NCBI RefSeq assembly: GCF_963506605.1 | Contig: NC_083277.1 | Location: 93,434,001 to 93,498,000 of the forward strand | Reading direction: 5' to 3' | DNA length: 64,000 nt | DNA from: Zootoca vivipara | Taxonomy: Eukaryota | Translations under genes and position numbers: made by a program | Notes under the pieces: generated by a model | The model's database searches: none | What the model was told of the DNA's origin: nothing | The model's input: only the letters and a program-made list of their open reading frames with translations | In this document: in pieces, positions 11,634 through 23,607 of the stretch | How the letters are laid out: each line of letters begins with the position of its first letter | Position numbering within the stretch: position 1 is the first letter of the stretch

Positions 11634-12387
11634 TACACTTCAATACATTGTTTTACGACTTCCCATCCTGTTTTCCATGGTGATTTTATTTCCCCCCCTT
11701 TTACTGCGCCCTATCTTCTATCTCTTATATCAAAACAATATTATACTAAGTCCTTCCCCCTCCCCCCTGTTGCTCATGCTTCAAATCCTGCTTGCAAATT
11801 CATCATACTATAATATTTCTTTAAATAATAATAATAATATTTCCCGGCATTTTGACTAAGATCAAGTGTGGTATCTGTTCTTTGCAGTTTAATAAAGTAT
11901 ATATTCAAAGCAATATAATTAACAGGAAACTAAAAGTTTAGCATGAATGAGCAACCAAGTGGGCTCTCAGAGAGGAGATTGCAGCTGCTTTGTTCCTCCC
12001 CAGTCGTTTTGCTGCTGAGCTGAGCTGAACTAAGTCATGGTTTGTTGTAGTGCATCATCTGAACTTGCGTTTAGCTTTCTCCATACAAATCACAAGTGGG
12101 CCAGCTCAGCTCAGCAGCGAAAGGAGCAGAGAGGAGCAAAGCCTTTGCAGTCTGCTCTCTGGAAGCCTGCATGTTCATGTGTTCATGCTGAGCCGTGGTT
12201 TGGTTTAGGGTGATGTGTGAATGATGTTTGTTGAACAGGATCTCTCAAATGTTCTTGACTTTTCAGAGCTCGGTACTAGTTACCTGGCAAAAAAAGTAGA
12301 TGACGGAGACCAGTGCAATAATGGAAAGTTGTCAATTCTAGTCCAAAGAGGGTTTGGTTTAGCAAAACTGCTCTGTTTTCTGTGCAG

Positions 12388-12500
12388 TTGAGGTGAAGCC
12401 AGTTGCCGTGAAGACAGGGAAAGAGGACCGGAAACTTCAGAAAGAAGACAAGAAGGCTGCAAAGGAAAAAGAAAAAGAAAAAGCGAAAGCTGCCAAAGAG
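12388..12500 (+). CDS. MYCBPAP: MYCBPAP coding exon (Lys/Glu-rich)
   Basis: tgcag acceptor, gag|gtacat donor; EVKPVAVKTGKEDRKLQKEDKKAAKEKEKEKAKAAKE; phase 1 to 0. Confidence 0.85.
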
Positions 12501-12524
12501 GTACATAGCTGGACTCTTCTAAGA

Positions 12525-12721
12525 CAGTGTTTCTCAACCTTTTTTGGGCAAAGGCACACTTATTTCATGAAAAAAATCACGAGGCACACCACCATTAGAA
12601 AATGTTTAAAAAATTAACTCTGTTCCTATATTGACTATATATAAAGTAATTCTCCCACGGCACACCAGGCAACATCTCGCGGCACACTAGTGTGCCACGG
12701 AACAGTGGTTGAGAAACACTG
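12525..12721. mobile_element. hAT-type MITE
   Basis: TIR cagtgtttctcaacc / ggttgagaaacactg; 8-bp TSD ttctaaga at 12517-12524 and 12722-12729. Confidence 0.88.
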
Positions 12722-12951
12722 TTCTAAGATACGAATGCTGGAAACGAAGCACTTGGTTCAGAGGAAGTATTTGAAAAGGATTTTGGAGCTTCTGAACTGA
12801 GCTGCCTCTTTGCTGTGAAAGGGCTGCTTCCTTCGGACGTGCAACTTGCTGGGAAATACATATGAGAACACGTGCATGTAAATGCATGTCCTTGGCTTGC
12901 TCCGAACTCTCTCTCTATAGTCTATATCATACCTGTTTTTTTTCTAAACAG

Positions 12952-13134
12952 GAACGCCCAAAAAGCAAGAAAGACAAATTGAAAGAAGAGAGAAAAGCAA
13001 GAGGTTCTACAAAGGAGACAAAGGAGGCCGTCGCTGCGTTACAGGAAGCTATAGGGGCAGATGCTCAAGAAGCTCACCAAGAACAAGTGGATCCAATCCT
13101 GCAGGAAAAGTACCACGAGAAACTTTATGTCGAA
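12952..13134 (+). CDS. MYCBPAP: MYCBPAP coding exon
   Basis: aacag acceptor, gaa|gtaagt donor; ERPKSKKDKLKEERK...QEQVDPILQEKYHEKLYVE. Confidence 0.88.
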
Positions 13135-13217
13135 GTAAGTCAGTGTGCCCAGCGCTGTTACCTTTTGCCCATTTCCTTACCGCTTTAGCTGAAGTTCTGA
13201 ACCCTGTTATTTGTAGG

Positions 13218-13425
13218 TACAGTGGTACCTCGGTTTGTGACCGCAATCCGTTCCGCGGAGCCGGTCGCTCCCCGAATCGGTCACTCGCCGCACGTGCGCG
13301 CTGTGCAGATCGTTTCTGTGCATCTGAGCGCCACGGAACCCGGATGTAAACACTTCTGGGTCTGCGGTCGTCGGAAACCGAAGTGGTCGCAAACGGAGGC
13401 GGTCGCAAACCAAGGTTTGACTGTA
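13218..13425. mobile_element. Tc1/mariner-type MITE (CpG-rich family)
   Basis: TA-cagtggtacctcggtttg...caaggtttgactg-TA; longer relative at 39530-39814. Confidence 0.8.
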
Positions 13426-14735
13426 CTGTTAAAACTAGTGGGCCTTGCTTCTGAGCAAATGTGCCTAGGATGAGGCTGCTTGTCAGTTGCTTTTTCATTT
13501 TGTGCCATCTTTTCAACATACGGCAATTGATATCAGGCTTAGAACTTTCTGTGCAGTTGTGAGAGACGGACAACTGTTTAATCCGGGCTCCTGAGATGAA
13601 AGTTAAAAGTTCTCTATAATGATTCCTTGATGCATGCATTGCTTTTGAAACAGGTGCCTTCTCCACAATTTCAGAGTGACTTTTCCCTTTGCTTCCTCAG
13701 AGGCAAAGGGGGAAATAGAGTCTCCGGCAGTCCTGAAATACGAATCGGTTCTCCCCACTGACTACTTCTCGGTACTCAGGCGGACACTTTTTGTCTCTTA
13801 ACAGCATAGGGCTAGGCTGCAAAGAGATTTGGGTAGGGCTGCTATTCCGGAATAAACTCAGCCAGAACCATAACATTTTAATACAATCTATGGCCTTTTA
13901 AACGGGGGGGTGGGGTGTTTTTGTTTGTTTTTATAATCTAAATGAAGGGTGGTATAGAAATTTAATAATAAAAATACAGTCGTACCTTGGATCCTGAACG
14001 CTCTGGAACTCGGACGCTTTGGCTCCCGAACGCCGCAAACCCAGGAGTGAGTGTTCTGGTTTGCAAACGTTCTTTGGAACCTGAACATCCGCGGGTTCTG
14101 ATTGGCTGCAGGAGCTTGAGAGAATCCTGCCTGACATCCTGGAGAGCTGCTGCCAGACAGAACTGAGCTAGATAGGCTAATGATCTGATAAGGCAGCTTC
14201 CTCTGTTCCTAAAATCTTATCCATGTCTACTGAGCCACACTTGAGTATGCAGTGGGCAAGTGTGCATTTCATGGCCATCTAATTCCTGCCACTTCTCACC
14301 CCTGATCTTAGCTTAGAAGGGCAGGCTAGACCAGCACCTGAGGTCCATTCCAGAATCTCCCAGGACAGCCAGCAGGCACAATAACCTGCCTTCAGCCTCC
14401 ACCAGCCAAAAGGATATACGGGCTTGCATCTTCTTCAGCTGAACAGGTCAAACATGAGAGATAAAACGTGGGACAGAGAGTGCTTCCCAAAAATTTATGA
14501 AGCACTTAACCTATTGAAATGACAATTCCACCCTGCCTCTAAATGCACAGTCCTTTTTTGCACCTGTGTGAGGCAAGGTTTCAGCCTTTCCTCAGCCCAC
14601 TGAAAAGAAAGATGGGCAGCAGGTTACAGCACAGTCCTACTCAGTAGTCCTGTTGAATTCAGTGGGCCTTATTCCCAAGTTTGGTGAGGCTAGGGCTACA
14701 GCTTTACATGCACCCCAAATAGTATATGTTTATAT

Positions 14736-15024
14736 CATGGGTAGGCAAACTAAGGCCCGGGGCCCAGATCCTGCCCAATTGCCTTCTAAATCTGGCCCGT
14801 GGACAGTCCAGGAATCATGTGTTTTTACATGAGTAGAATGTGTCCTTTTATTTAAAATGCATCTCTGGGTTATTTGTGGGGCATGCCTGGTGTTTTTACA
14901 TGAGTAGAATGTATGCTTTTATTTAAAATGCATCTCTGGGTTATTTGTGGGGCATAGGAATTCGTTCATTTATGTTTCCCCCCAAAAGGTCTGAGGGACA
15001 GTGGATTGAAACAGTTTGCTGACT
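14736..15024. mobile_element. hAT-type non-autonomous element with internal tandem duplication
   Basis: Reverse complement of 41426-41748; duplicated block tttttacatgagtagaatg...ttatttgtggggcat. Confidence 0.75.
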
Positions 15025-15440
15025 TATATGTTTATATATGTTTGTAGCTTCCTCAGCCATTATGCTAATGGAAGAAAGAGGCTTTAGGAACTGTTGGGAT
15101 TGCTCCAATTTGTCACTGATGATGGAATTCTGCAGCAGTAATATTGAGGGTTATCCTCAGTTGCAGTTAAGGCTGCAATCCTACACCCATATATCTGAGA
15201 GCAAGCCCCACAGAGCATTCAGTGGGGCATACTTCTGAACAGACGTGTACTATACAGGGTTGCTCTGTTAAAGGCTGAAAAATGCCTCTCTCACACACAG
15301 AGAATGTTTGTTATGGGATGCCTGCACACACACACAAACCACCTGAGAAAAAACATACTTGACTGTTCATGCGCACCTTTCTACTGGGACTTTGCTGTCC
15401 ACATTTTTGTCCTGAAAGCTTTTTTGACTTCTCTTCTTAG

Positions 15441-15542
15441 GTTTATGGACTGCTGGATTCAATGGTGACCAAAATGCTTTCCCTCTTTGAGGTGCTGAAG
15501 AAGGATCCCTTAGAAAACAAGAACAAACCACCTTTTGTCTAA
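15441..15542 (+). CDS. MYCBPAP: MYCBPAP terminal coding exon
   Basis: Polypyrimidine tract plus ttag acceptor; VYGLLDSMVTKMLSLFEVLKKDPLENKNKPPFV then TAA; AATAAA at 15582-15587. Confidence 0.85.
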   Translation, partial: VYGLLDSMVTKMLSLFEVLKKDPLENKNKPPFV

Positions 15543-15581
15543 ATACTACTGATTTCATAATGAAATAATAATAATAATAAT

Positions 15582-15587
15582 AATAAA
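15582..15587 (+). terminator. Probable MYCBPAP polyadenylation signal
   Basis: AATAAA about 40 nt after the stop codon, at the end of an (AAT)n run. Confidence 0.6.
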
Positions 15588-17399
15588 CCCTGTTTATATA
15601 TGCTGTGCCAGAGCAGTTTCCTTTTGTTTACAAAGCTGCCAATTGGTTAAATAGACATGAGGGCTAATCTGCACAATTAACTCTGCCACAGTTGGCTGGT
15701 ACGACTCTTTTCTCTGTCCTCTGCTGTGTATAACCCTGTCGAAAATTTCGGGGGTGTAATTAAGGGCAATCCACAGTATGGCAAGGTTTTCAGACCGATG
15801 CTATGACTGGCTTCATACAATAACGACGACATGGTTGAACCCAGGGGTAGATCATAACTTCTTGTTGTTGTGATTCACCATCAAGTTCCCTCTTCCTCAT
15901 AAAAACAGATTTCAGGCAGCTACTTCTATATGCATTGCAGAGCCCTGGATTATGCTTGTTGGGGCCTGCAGAGCTCCATCAATGCTATAGTAGCCTGTTT
16001 ACAGACAAGGCCTTTCCAGAAGCTTGGAAGAGGAATTGTTCAGCTATGGTGCTCCCCCCCCCCCAAGGAAATGCCCCATCAAGCTAGTTTTGTAGTTCTT
16101 CAAGCAAAAGCCCCAAACTCATACCCACCAAGCAGCATGGCCAGCCCTCCTGTGATAGATGTGCAAGGATCTGCTGAGGGCTGGTCTTTGGTCGTCCCCA
16201 TGGGACCACTACCGATGAGCAGCTCTCTGGGAAATCTAGAAACTTAATTGGTTACTGCCAACTTTGGACTACATCAACACGATGCAGAAATGTGGAATAT
16301 AAATGCAATGAATAAATGCCAACTTTCGAATGCTTGCAGGAGATGTTGTTTATTGGAGTTTGCTGTATTGAAAACATTCATGGGTGAATGGGCCACTTAT
16401 AGAGAAGAAATGCCTCTCCTATAGCAATGGCCCCCATTCCCTGTTTCATCTAAAGCCTGCGACTGGGACTATCGGCAAGGGAGAGCCCAGTACCTTATTG
16501 CACTTGTAACTCCTGTGCCAAGTGTGTATCCCATATCTCTAGCCACCTGCTAAAATTGCCGACTTTGCAGCACTTCAGGCAGTATCTGGGTGAAAGCTCA
16601 ACCTCAAAACTCCCAGCAGTTCTTCTGCTTGGATCAAGGCAGTTGGGAGGTCCCAACCTGGATTGTGCAGGACAATATCCATGTACCTTTTGCCTTTGTA
16701 TGCTGTTAAGTAAATTGATAAGATGAATTCAAATAGGAATTGATAAGATGAATTCAAATAGGAATCAATTCCAGTATGATAGTGAGGCAAATAAAAATAA
16801 ATTCCAGTGAAAAAATCCCAGGACAAGGTCCTGTTTCGTCAATTCTTCATCAGCAATATTTTAATGGTCAGAGTGTACCAAGTATGTTTGCCTCATCTTA
16901 TCATTACATAAATAAAACCTTTTGAAGACTTACTTGAAATTCATCTTCCTCCTGGCCCGAGTTCTTGCAATTTACTGTTTATTTCTGGACTTCACCAAGA
17001 ACTCCAATTTCTACATTAATAAAAAGGTCAGCAGGAACCCCCACCCACCACAGCACACCCAGGACCCTCCTCCCTCCCGGTTCTCCACAGCAGGTGGATG
17101 GGTGGCTTGTTCTCAGCTCCCGCTTCATCCCAGGAGAATCATAGAATCATTTGAATGGTAGTTGGAGGGGGAGCCCAAGGATCATCTAGTCCAACCCCCC
17201 TGCAACGCAGGGTTCTCAGGTTTTTTTATTGTTATTATCCAGGAGAACACCAGAACCGTCAGATAGAAAAGAGGCGAACAAATCTGTTGCTTATTCAAAC
17301 ACATGGTACAAAGAGTGGAGTGGAGGCGGCAGCTCAATGACGATGAAGAGTATGACAGCCGTCATCCCCGCCTCCTGCTCACTACTTGTCAGTGGCTCT

Positions 17400-19450
17400 T
17401 TGGGGAGGGGGAGGGGGTGAAGGTGGGGGTTCCCCCCCCCCCCGCCGCCGCGAACAAACACGTCGTCGGTGCTGAAGGGAGGTGGGGAGAGGTGGGAACG
17501 GGCGAAAGGACAGTCCTGGTGGTGGCGGCAGCCCTTGGGTCACGCCGCCGTTTTTGCTGTCTAGGCAAACATAACAAAGCCCCGGGGGCCCCCGGCGGTG
17601 GCAGCGCTCCAGCTCTGGGACGGCAGGGACTGAGCCTCGTCCAGGGCTTGTTAACGCTTCTGCCTCCCTCGGCCCTTCTCTCCCACATCGCCCGCCGCCG
17701 CCTTGGCACGCCTGCCTGGCAGTGCCCGCCGCCCGAAGGGGTTAAGCCAGTGATTCACTGCCTCTCTGCTTTCATAATCTCTGCCTCTCCCTCTCTCTCT
17801 CTCCTGGGCTGCCTTCTGCGTCTCCCTCGAAGCGGGGTCGCTGAGAAGACTTCGGAGAGTCCCTGTCGTCGACGTCGCGGGCCTGAAGCGGTTAACCAGA
17901 GCCGTGGCGGCAGCAGCAGCAGCAGCGAGCCTGCCTCCTCGCTCCCTCGCTCAGTCCCTCCTGCTTTGCGCGCCGCGCGCGCCTGGAGTGTCCTGTGGAA
18001 ACTGAAGTAGACCTGCCCAGCAAGCCGAGCAACTTTTTGCTCCCCGCCTTGCTCTCTTTTAAACGCCGGGCTTGCGAGGAGGTCGAGAGACTCCCTCTGC
18101 AGCTGAGGGAAGACTAGGCGCAAACACCGAGCCTGATTGCGCGCCGTCGTCGCGTCGTGCGCCCCTGCGAGGCAAAGCGCCTGTTCCCCTCCTGCGTGGA
18201 CTCGCAAAGGTGAGAGGAGGAGGAGTAGAGGAGGAGGAGGAGGAGGAGCAGCATGGAGGGACGGCTTCGCTTTCCCGCTGGATGGATTTAGGGACAGGGT
18301 GGCGGGGAGAGGAGGCTGTAAGGCACCGAGCAGTGCGCCTGGCTGATCCGGTCGTCTGAGGGGAAAAGCACCTGAAGGAGGGGGTTGAGGATGGCAGCCG
18401 CCGCAGCACCAGCCGACTGCGGACACCGCTGCTGAGGGAGAGCTTGGCGGCGGCAGGAGGAGGAAGAGAAGGACAGGCAGAACAGCAGCTGCAGCAACAG
18501 CGCCTGAGGTAAGAAGGACGCTCGCCTCAGGACTGCCCAGCGGGAAAGGACGACCCGGGTGAATGGTCGCCCTGCCGACCTGCGCCTTTCCTCGACGGGC
18601 GGCAGTGCTGCGGACCCCTCTGGAGTGAGGAGGAGGATGGCGCTGGGTGGGGGGCAGCAGAGAGAGGAGGCTCAGCCTCGAAAAGGTAGCCCGGAGGAGG
18701 AGGAGGAAGTGGGGAGAGAGGAAAGTTCTGGACGCCGAGCGCGCTTTCCTGACTGCAGTGAAGCCTGCTTTGATTGTCATCGCGAGTTTGGCAAAGCCGA
18801 GCTGCTGCCCCCGCTGGGCTCCTCGCACTGCGCCGCCGCCGCCGCCGCCTGCTGAAGTTTCCTGGTCCGCAGAGGGGTGGGGTGGCGAGCAGGGAGACCT
18901 GGCTTAAAATGGGGGGGGGTGCTGCTCTGGTGCTCTTGTGTGCGCGCACGAGGGAGAAGTCCCCTTTTCCTTACCCAGATGCAGCAGCAGCAGCAGGAGG
19001 TTACCCCGCGAGGTGGGCAGTCTGTGCTCTGCACACACACACACCCCGTTTCGCCTCGCTCCGTCTCTCTCCCCTCCCCGCCTCCCCTCTCTCGCCACCT
19101 GCATGCTCCAGCGCCCTGCCAAAGCCACGCAGGTCGCGCGCCTTTGGATGGGTTAGATCGGGCCTCTGCCAGAGAGCAGCTGCCGCCTCCGAACTCCCCA
19201 GGATTTCTTCAAGGTGTGTGTAGGCGCGCGCGCCCGCGCACACGGGCACCACCACCCCCCGCACACCTTTCCTTCTCTCTCTCTTCCCCCTCCCCCCTCT
19301 CTGGCGCTCGATCGCTCGCTCGCACAGGGACTAGGTCGGGATCGTAGGAAGATTCAGCAGGATTATGTAATGCCGGCTGCTTTGGCTAGCAGTGCTGGAA
19401 AGGGCTGCCTGCCGCCTGGTCGCGCGAGCAAGAAAGGGGGTAAGTCAGTG
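17400..19450 (+). promoter_or_regulatory. EPN3: CpG island / EPN3 promoter and non-coding first exon(s)
   Basis: Very GC- and CpG-rich relative to the flanks; consensus donors gag|gtaaga (18508/18509) and ggg|gtaagt (19439/19440); lies upstream of the EPN3 ATG exon. Confidence 0.75.
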
Positions 19451-22026
19451 CCAGGCTTGGGGGTCCCGAAGCACTTGGGTGGAAGGCAGGACAAACAGAG
19501 AGACAGACAGACAGAGCACCAGAGAGTCTTCTACTGGGGCTTCGCCCGCCTCCCACCCGGCGCTTTGATGAATCAAATCAGGCTGTGAAAGTTTCCTTTC
19601 AGGTCCTGTTGCCAACCCGGCGCCCCATTTCAATCTTTTGCCCACCCCACCCCACTTTATTAAAGCTCAAGTCCCTTCTATCCCACTCAGATTGGTCCTT
19701 TTCTTTCCCAGGTCAGGTTAAATTTGAGGTTCAGATTACACTTTTGTTGTACATATTAAAGAGGGGAGTGGGACTATTTCACTGGCTACTTGCCTTCTTC
19801 ACTGTTCGCCAAACTGGCATCCTCCTGATGATTCTGACTTTTCCCAGCTCCATAGTTGTGGTCCAAAGCACCCAGAGGGCACCAGGCCGGTGAAGGGTGG
19901 ACTACTAAGAAGGCTCCCTGTTACTTTTCTGTGGGAGCATCTCTGGCAACACCACACCAGATGGAGACTCACTCCCTGGGCACAGTTATAGGGCAGAGCT
20001 CAGTGGCAGAGCCGTGCGCTGCTTTGTATGCAGAACCCCTCAAATTCAGACCCCCAGAAATCCTGGAGAGCCATTGCCAGTCAGTGCAGGCAACACTAAC
20101 CTAGATGGCAGCTTCTCATGTTCCCAAATATTAGAAAAATTAAGAGGGGTGCATTGTTATTGTTGTTATTTTGTTTTGCAATCAAGTGGCATATAAATCG
20201 TATGAAATAAATAAATGAAATAAACTGCATCGGAGAGAAAAGGAGGGTCAGCTGTAGAGCAGGATGTTTGAAATGGATGGCCTGTGACCCTCTTTCCCTG
20301 CAGCCTCCTACAGTGCAGTCCATCCTTCAGGGTCTTTTGGAGAACTTGCTTCCTCCACCCCCTCGCATAGCCGTTTGCTGCCCCATCTCTTTCCTTCCCC
20401 AACAGAGTTTTGCTTCTTTCCTTCCTCTGTTGTAATTGCATATTCGAATCAGTGCTTGCCTCGCTTTACAGAGTGGCACAAACAAAAGGAAAAACAAAAA
20501 CAGAACAACAGGGCTGGTCTCTGCCCTGATGAGCTTACAGTTTTATACTTTTCCAGCTTATTGGGAAAGACAACTAAGGGGGGTTAAGAAAGAGAGAGGC
20601 AAAGGTAACAAGGGCTGGTCCTGTGCAAATGTTACTCCCCACCCCCATCTTACCACCTTTTCTCCATTCAGGTTTTTCCCCTTGCTATCTCTGGAGTTGG
20701 AGTATTTCTTAGTGTCCCTGGAAATGAAACACAGAATGCATCCTATTCCTGCTACTAGTAATAATACTTATATGCAGTTAAGAGGGTGTTGTGGAAACCC
20801 AGCAGGGATGATGATGGGCCCAGTCTAGCAGGAAGTTCTCCTGACCAAGCCCTGTTGCCTGGGAGCTGTGCAAGAGCTGTGCCGTGTCTGGTTTGTTGCA
20901 AGCAGCAGCAACCTGGGAACCCTTGGCTCACCATACAGCCTGGGTTGTCTTGCTGCAGTGTAGGCTCAGGTGGTTCTTCTTCTGAATTGTGTCACTTAAC
21001 TTAAGCTAGGACTTTGGGCATTCCCTGGGCAGTGAGTGCTAGTCCTCCTTCGCATGCCCTCCACACCTGACCATTTCTTTCAGTCAAGGTCACTGCAGTA
21101 ATTTCATATGTAGCTGCCTGGTGCTGCTGTCTTATCTATTGCACGGTTTCTGTTTCCCTCTCTTTGTGTTCCTGGGGATATTGTGTTCGATAAAACTTAC
21201 TGCTCTTAACACCCTTGGCAGTTCTCCAAACACAAACACTCTCTCCTCTCTTTTCCCTCTCCTCCCACCGGGGCTGAAACAGAGACTTCGAGGCCGAGGG
21301 CTCATGCTGAACCCTGAGGGTCATGGGCTTTCCCACACAAACACTTCCCACCCACCTACCCTTCTCCCCCCCCCCCCCCAGCTTCAGATGTGGTGAGGAT
21401 GAGGCACTTTGCACATGCTCAAGGACACAGGAAGAGAGGACAATTGCCTGTGTTCTGCCCTGACCTATGCAATCAAAAGCAGGCTGTGCAACTAGGCCCT
21501 GCCTCTGAGCTCTCAAGAGATTTTTCTTTCTACACGTTGTGATTGAAAAATGCCCGGGACGTTTCTTTAATGGGTGCCTTTCACAGCCTTAATTAACTCA
21601 GTTGCCTGAGTCTGACCCTGGGAGCTCCTCTGGAGGTTGGAGCCAGGTGTTTGCTAGAAAGGAATGTCCTCCTCCTGACCCAAGACTTATGTTCTAGGGA
21701 CGCTTTCATCAGCATGAACTTAGTGTTTGCTGGAGGAGGAGGAGGAAGAGAAGGAGCAGCAGCAGCAGGAGCTTTCATAAGGCGGAACCTTATCGGTAAC
21801 CTTGTCAAAGACAGAAGGAGAATGTTGGTATCTGGAGTTCGCACATGATCTGCTGCATTGGGCCACCCAAGGCCGCTGCCCCCACATGCCACCATGTTCC
21901 CTTCAGTCTGTGCCGCCTTTGTAGGCCACAAACACCCCTGAACTGCAATCAGCTTGCAGCCAAGTTGGCTCCTACGGCTTTCAAGGGCCTCCCCAGATAA
22001 TTTTATTTCCCCTGTATATATATCCA

Positions 22027-22386
22027 GGGATCCAGGTGGCGCTGTGGGTTAAACCACAGAGTCTAGGGCTTGCTGATCAGACGGTTGGCAGTTCGAATCC
22101 CTGCAACGGGGTGAGCTCCCGTTGCTCGGTCCCAGCTCCTGCCCACCTAGCAGTTCGAAAGCACATCAAAGTGCAAGTAGATAAATAGGGACTGCTCCGG
22201 CGGGAAGGTAAACGGCGTTTCCGTGCGCTGCTCTGGTTCACCAGAAGCAGCTTTGTCATGCTGGCCACATGACCCGGAAGCTGTCTGCGGACAAACGTTG
22301 GCTCCCTCGGCCTATAGAGTGAGATGAGCGCCACAACCCCAGTCGGACACTACTGGACCTGATGGTCAGGGGCCCCTTTACCTTTA
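22027..22386 (+). mobile_element. Sauria SINE
   Basis: Colinear with 242-592; abuts a Tc1/mariner MITE lacking its left end (about 22390-22640). Confidence 0.88.
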
Positions 22387-23391
22387 TATATATACCTCGG
22401 GTTAAGAACTTAATTCGTTCTGGAGGTCCGTTCTTAACCTGAAACTGTTCTTAACCTGAAGTACCAGTTTAGCTAATGGGGCTTCCTCCTCCTCCTGCTG
22501 CTGCTGCTGCTGCTGCTGCACGATTTCTGTTCTCATCCTGAAGCAAAGTTCTTAACCTGAGGTACTTCTTTCTGGGTTAGTGGAGTCTGTAACCTGAAGC
22601 GTCTGTAACCTGAAGCGTTTGTAACCCAAGGTACCACTATACACACACACAGTCACAAAGCACCTCAGAAACCCAGACTTTACAACCTAACATGCTGACC
22701 GCTCGATTAGCCATCACCTGCTGTGTGCTGTTCGCTGTCTGGTCATGGCCACTGGTATGCCAGTCCAGGCAGTGGCCCCCCTATTTGGCTTCAGTGCAGG
22801 TCAGCTTGGTGGCTGCAGTATCCTTTCCCATAGCCTCCTTTTTAAGTTTTAGTGGAATGGTGTGTTCCTTTCACCCCCTCTGTGAGTTGCTGTGCTTGGC
22901 TGCAGTCATTTTCCTGGCGCGCAAGCTCCACTCAGGATCTAAAAACAGTAAGTGGGTTGGATTGTGCAGAGCAATCAATACAGGGAAATGTCTTGAAAGA
23001 AACTCTGCAAGCCATACGCAGGCAGTCTCTAGATTCTCTCTTCCTGACTCACTTGTCAGGGATGCTTACCGTCACTAGGGTGGAGAAGGATGATGGCTTG
23101 TTCCTCACCTAGAAAAGTGGACACAGTCAGGTCATGCCTACTGCAAAGGGTGGAGCTGTTCCCCTAGAGAGGAGTAGGATATGTGAGTCATTCTTTTGGT
23201 TTGAAGAGCCATGCACAAACTTCCCGGGTGTGTGTTTTATGGGCATGCATTTCCAGTCAGCAGGGGAAACGGAGTGTGTAAGGGAAGCTTGAATTTTGAC
23301 TCATTTGAGACGGCAACATCTGAAATCATGGTGATGATGAAGCAACTGCATTTCAGAGAGACTTCTCTCTAGGGGGTTTTAATTTAGGAAC

Positions 23392-23607
23392 TACGGTGGT
23401 ACCTCGGGTTAAGAACTTAATTCATTCTGGAGGTCCGTTCTTAACCTGAAACTGTTCTTAACCTGAGGTTACCACTTTAGCTAATGGGGCCTCCTGCCGC
23501 CGCCACACGATTTCTGTTCTCATCCTGAAGCAAAGTTCTGGGTTAGTGGAGTCTGTAACCTGAAGCGCCTGTAACTTGAAGCGTCTGTAACCCGAGGTAC
23601 CACTGTA
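23392..23607. mobile_element. Tc1/mariner-type MITE
   Basis: TA-cggtggtacctcgggtt...aacccgaggtaccactg-TA; same family as 7165-7380. Confidence 0.82.

Noticed and set aside
12260-12300. Possible MYCBPAP micro-exon after ttttcag at 12266
   Set aside because: No convincing donor in the required phase; the flanking exons already join in frame
17303-19645. Many long overlapping ORFs on both strands (e.g. 357 aa at 17755-18828 on -, 235 aa at 17303-18010 on +)
   Set aside because: Expected stop-codon scarcity in a GC-rich CpG island; low-complexity Ala/Arg/Pro translations with no recognisable domain
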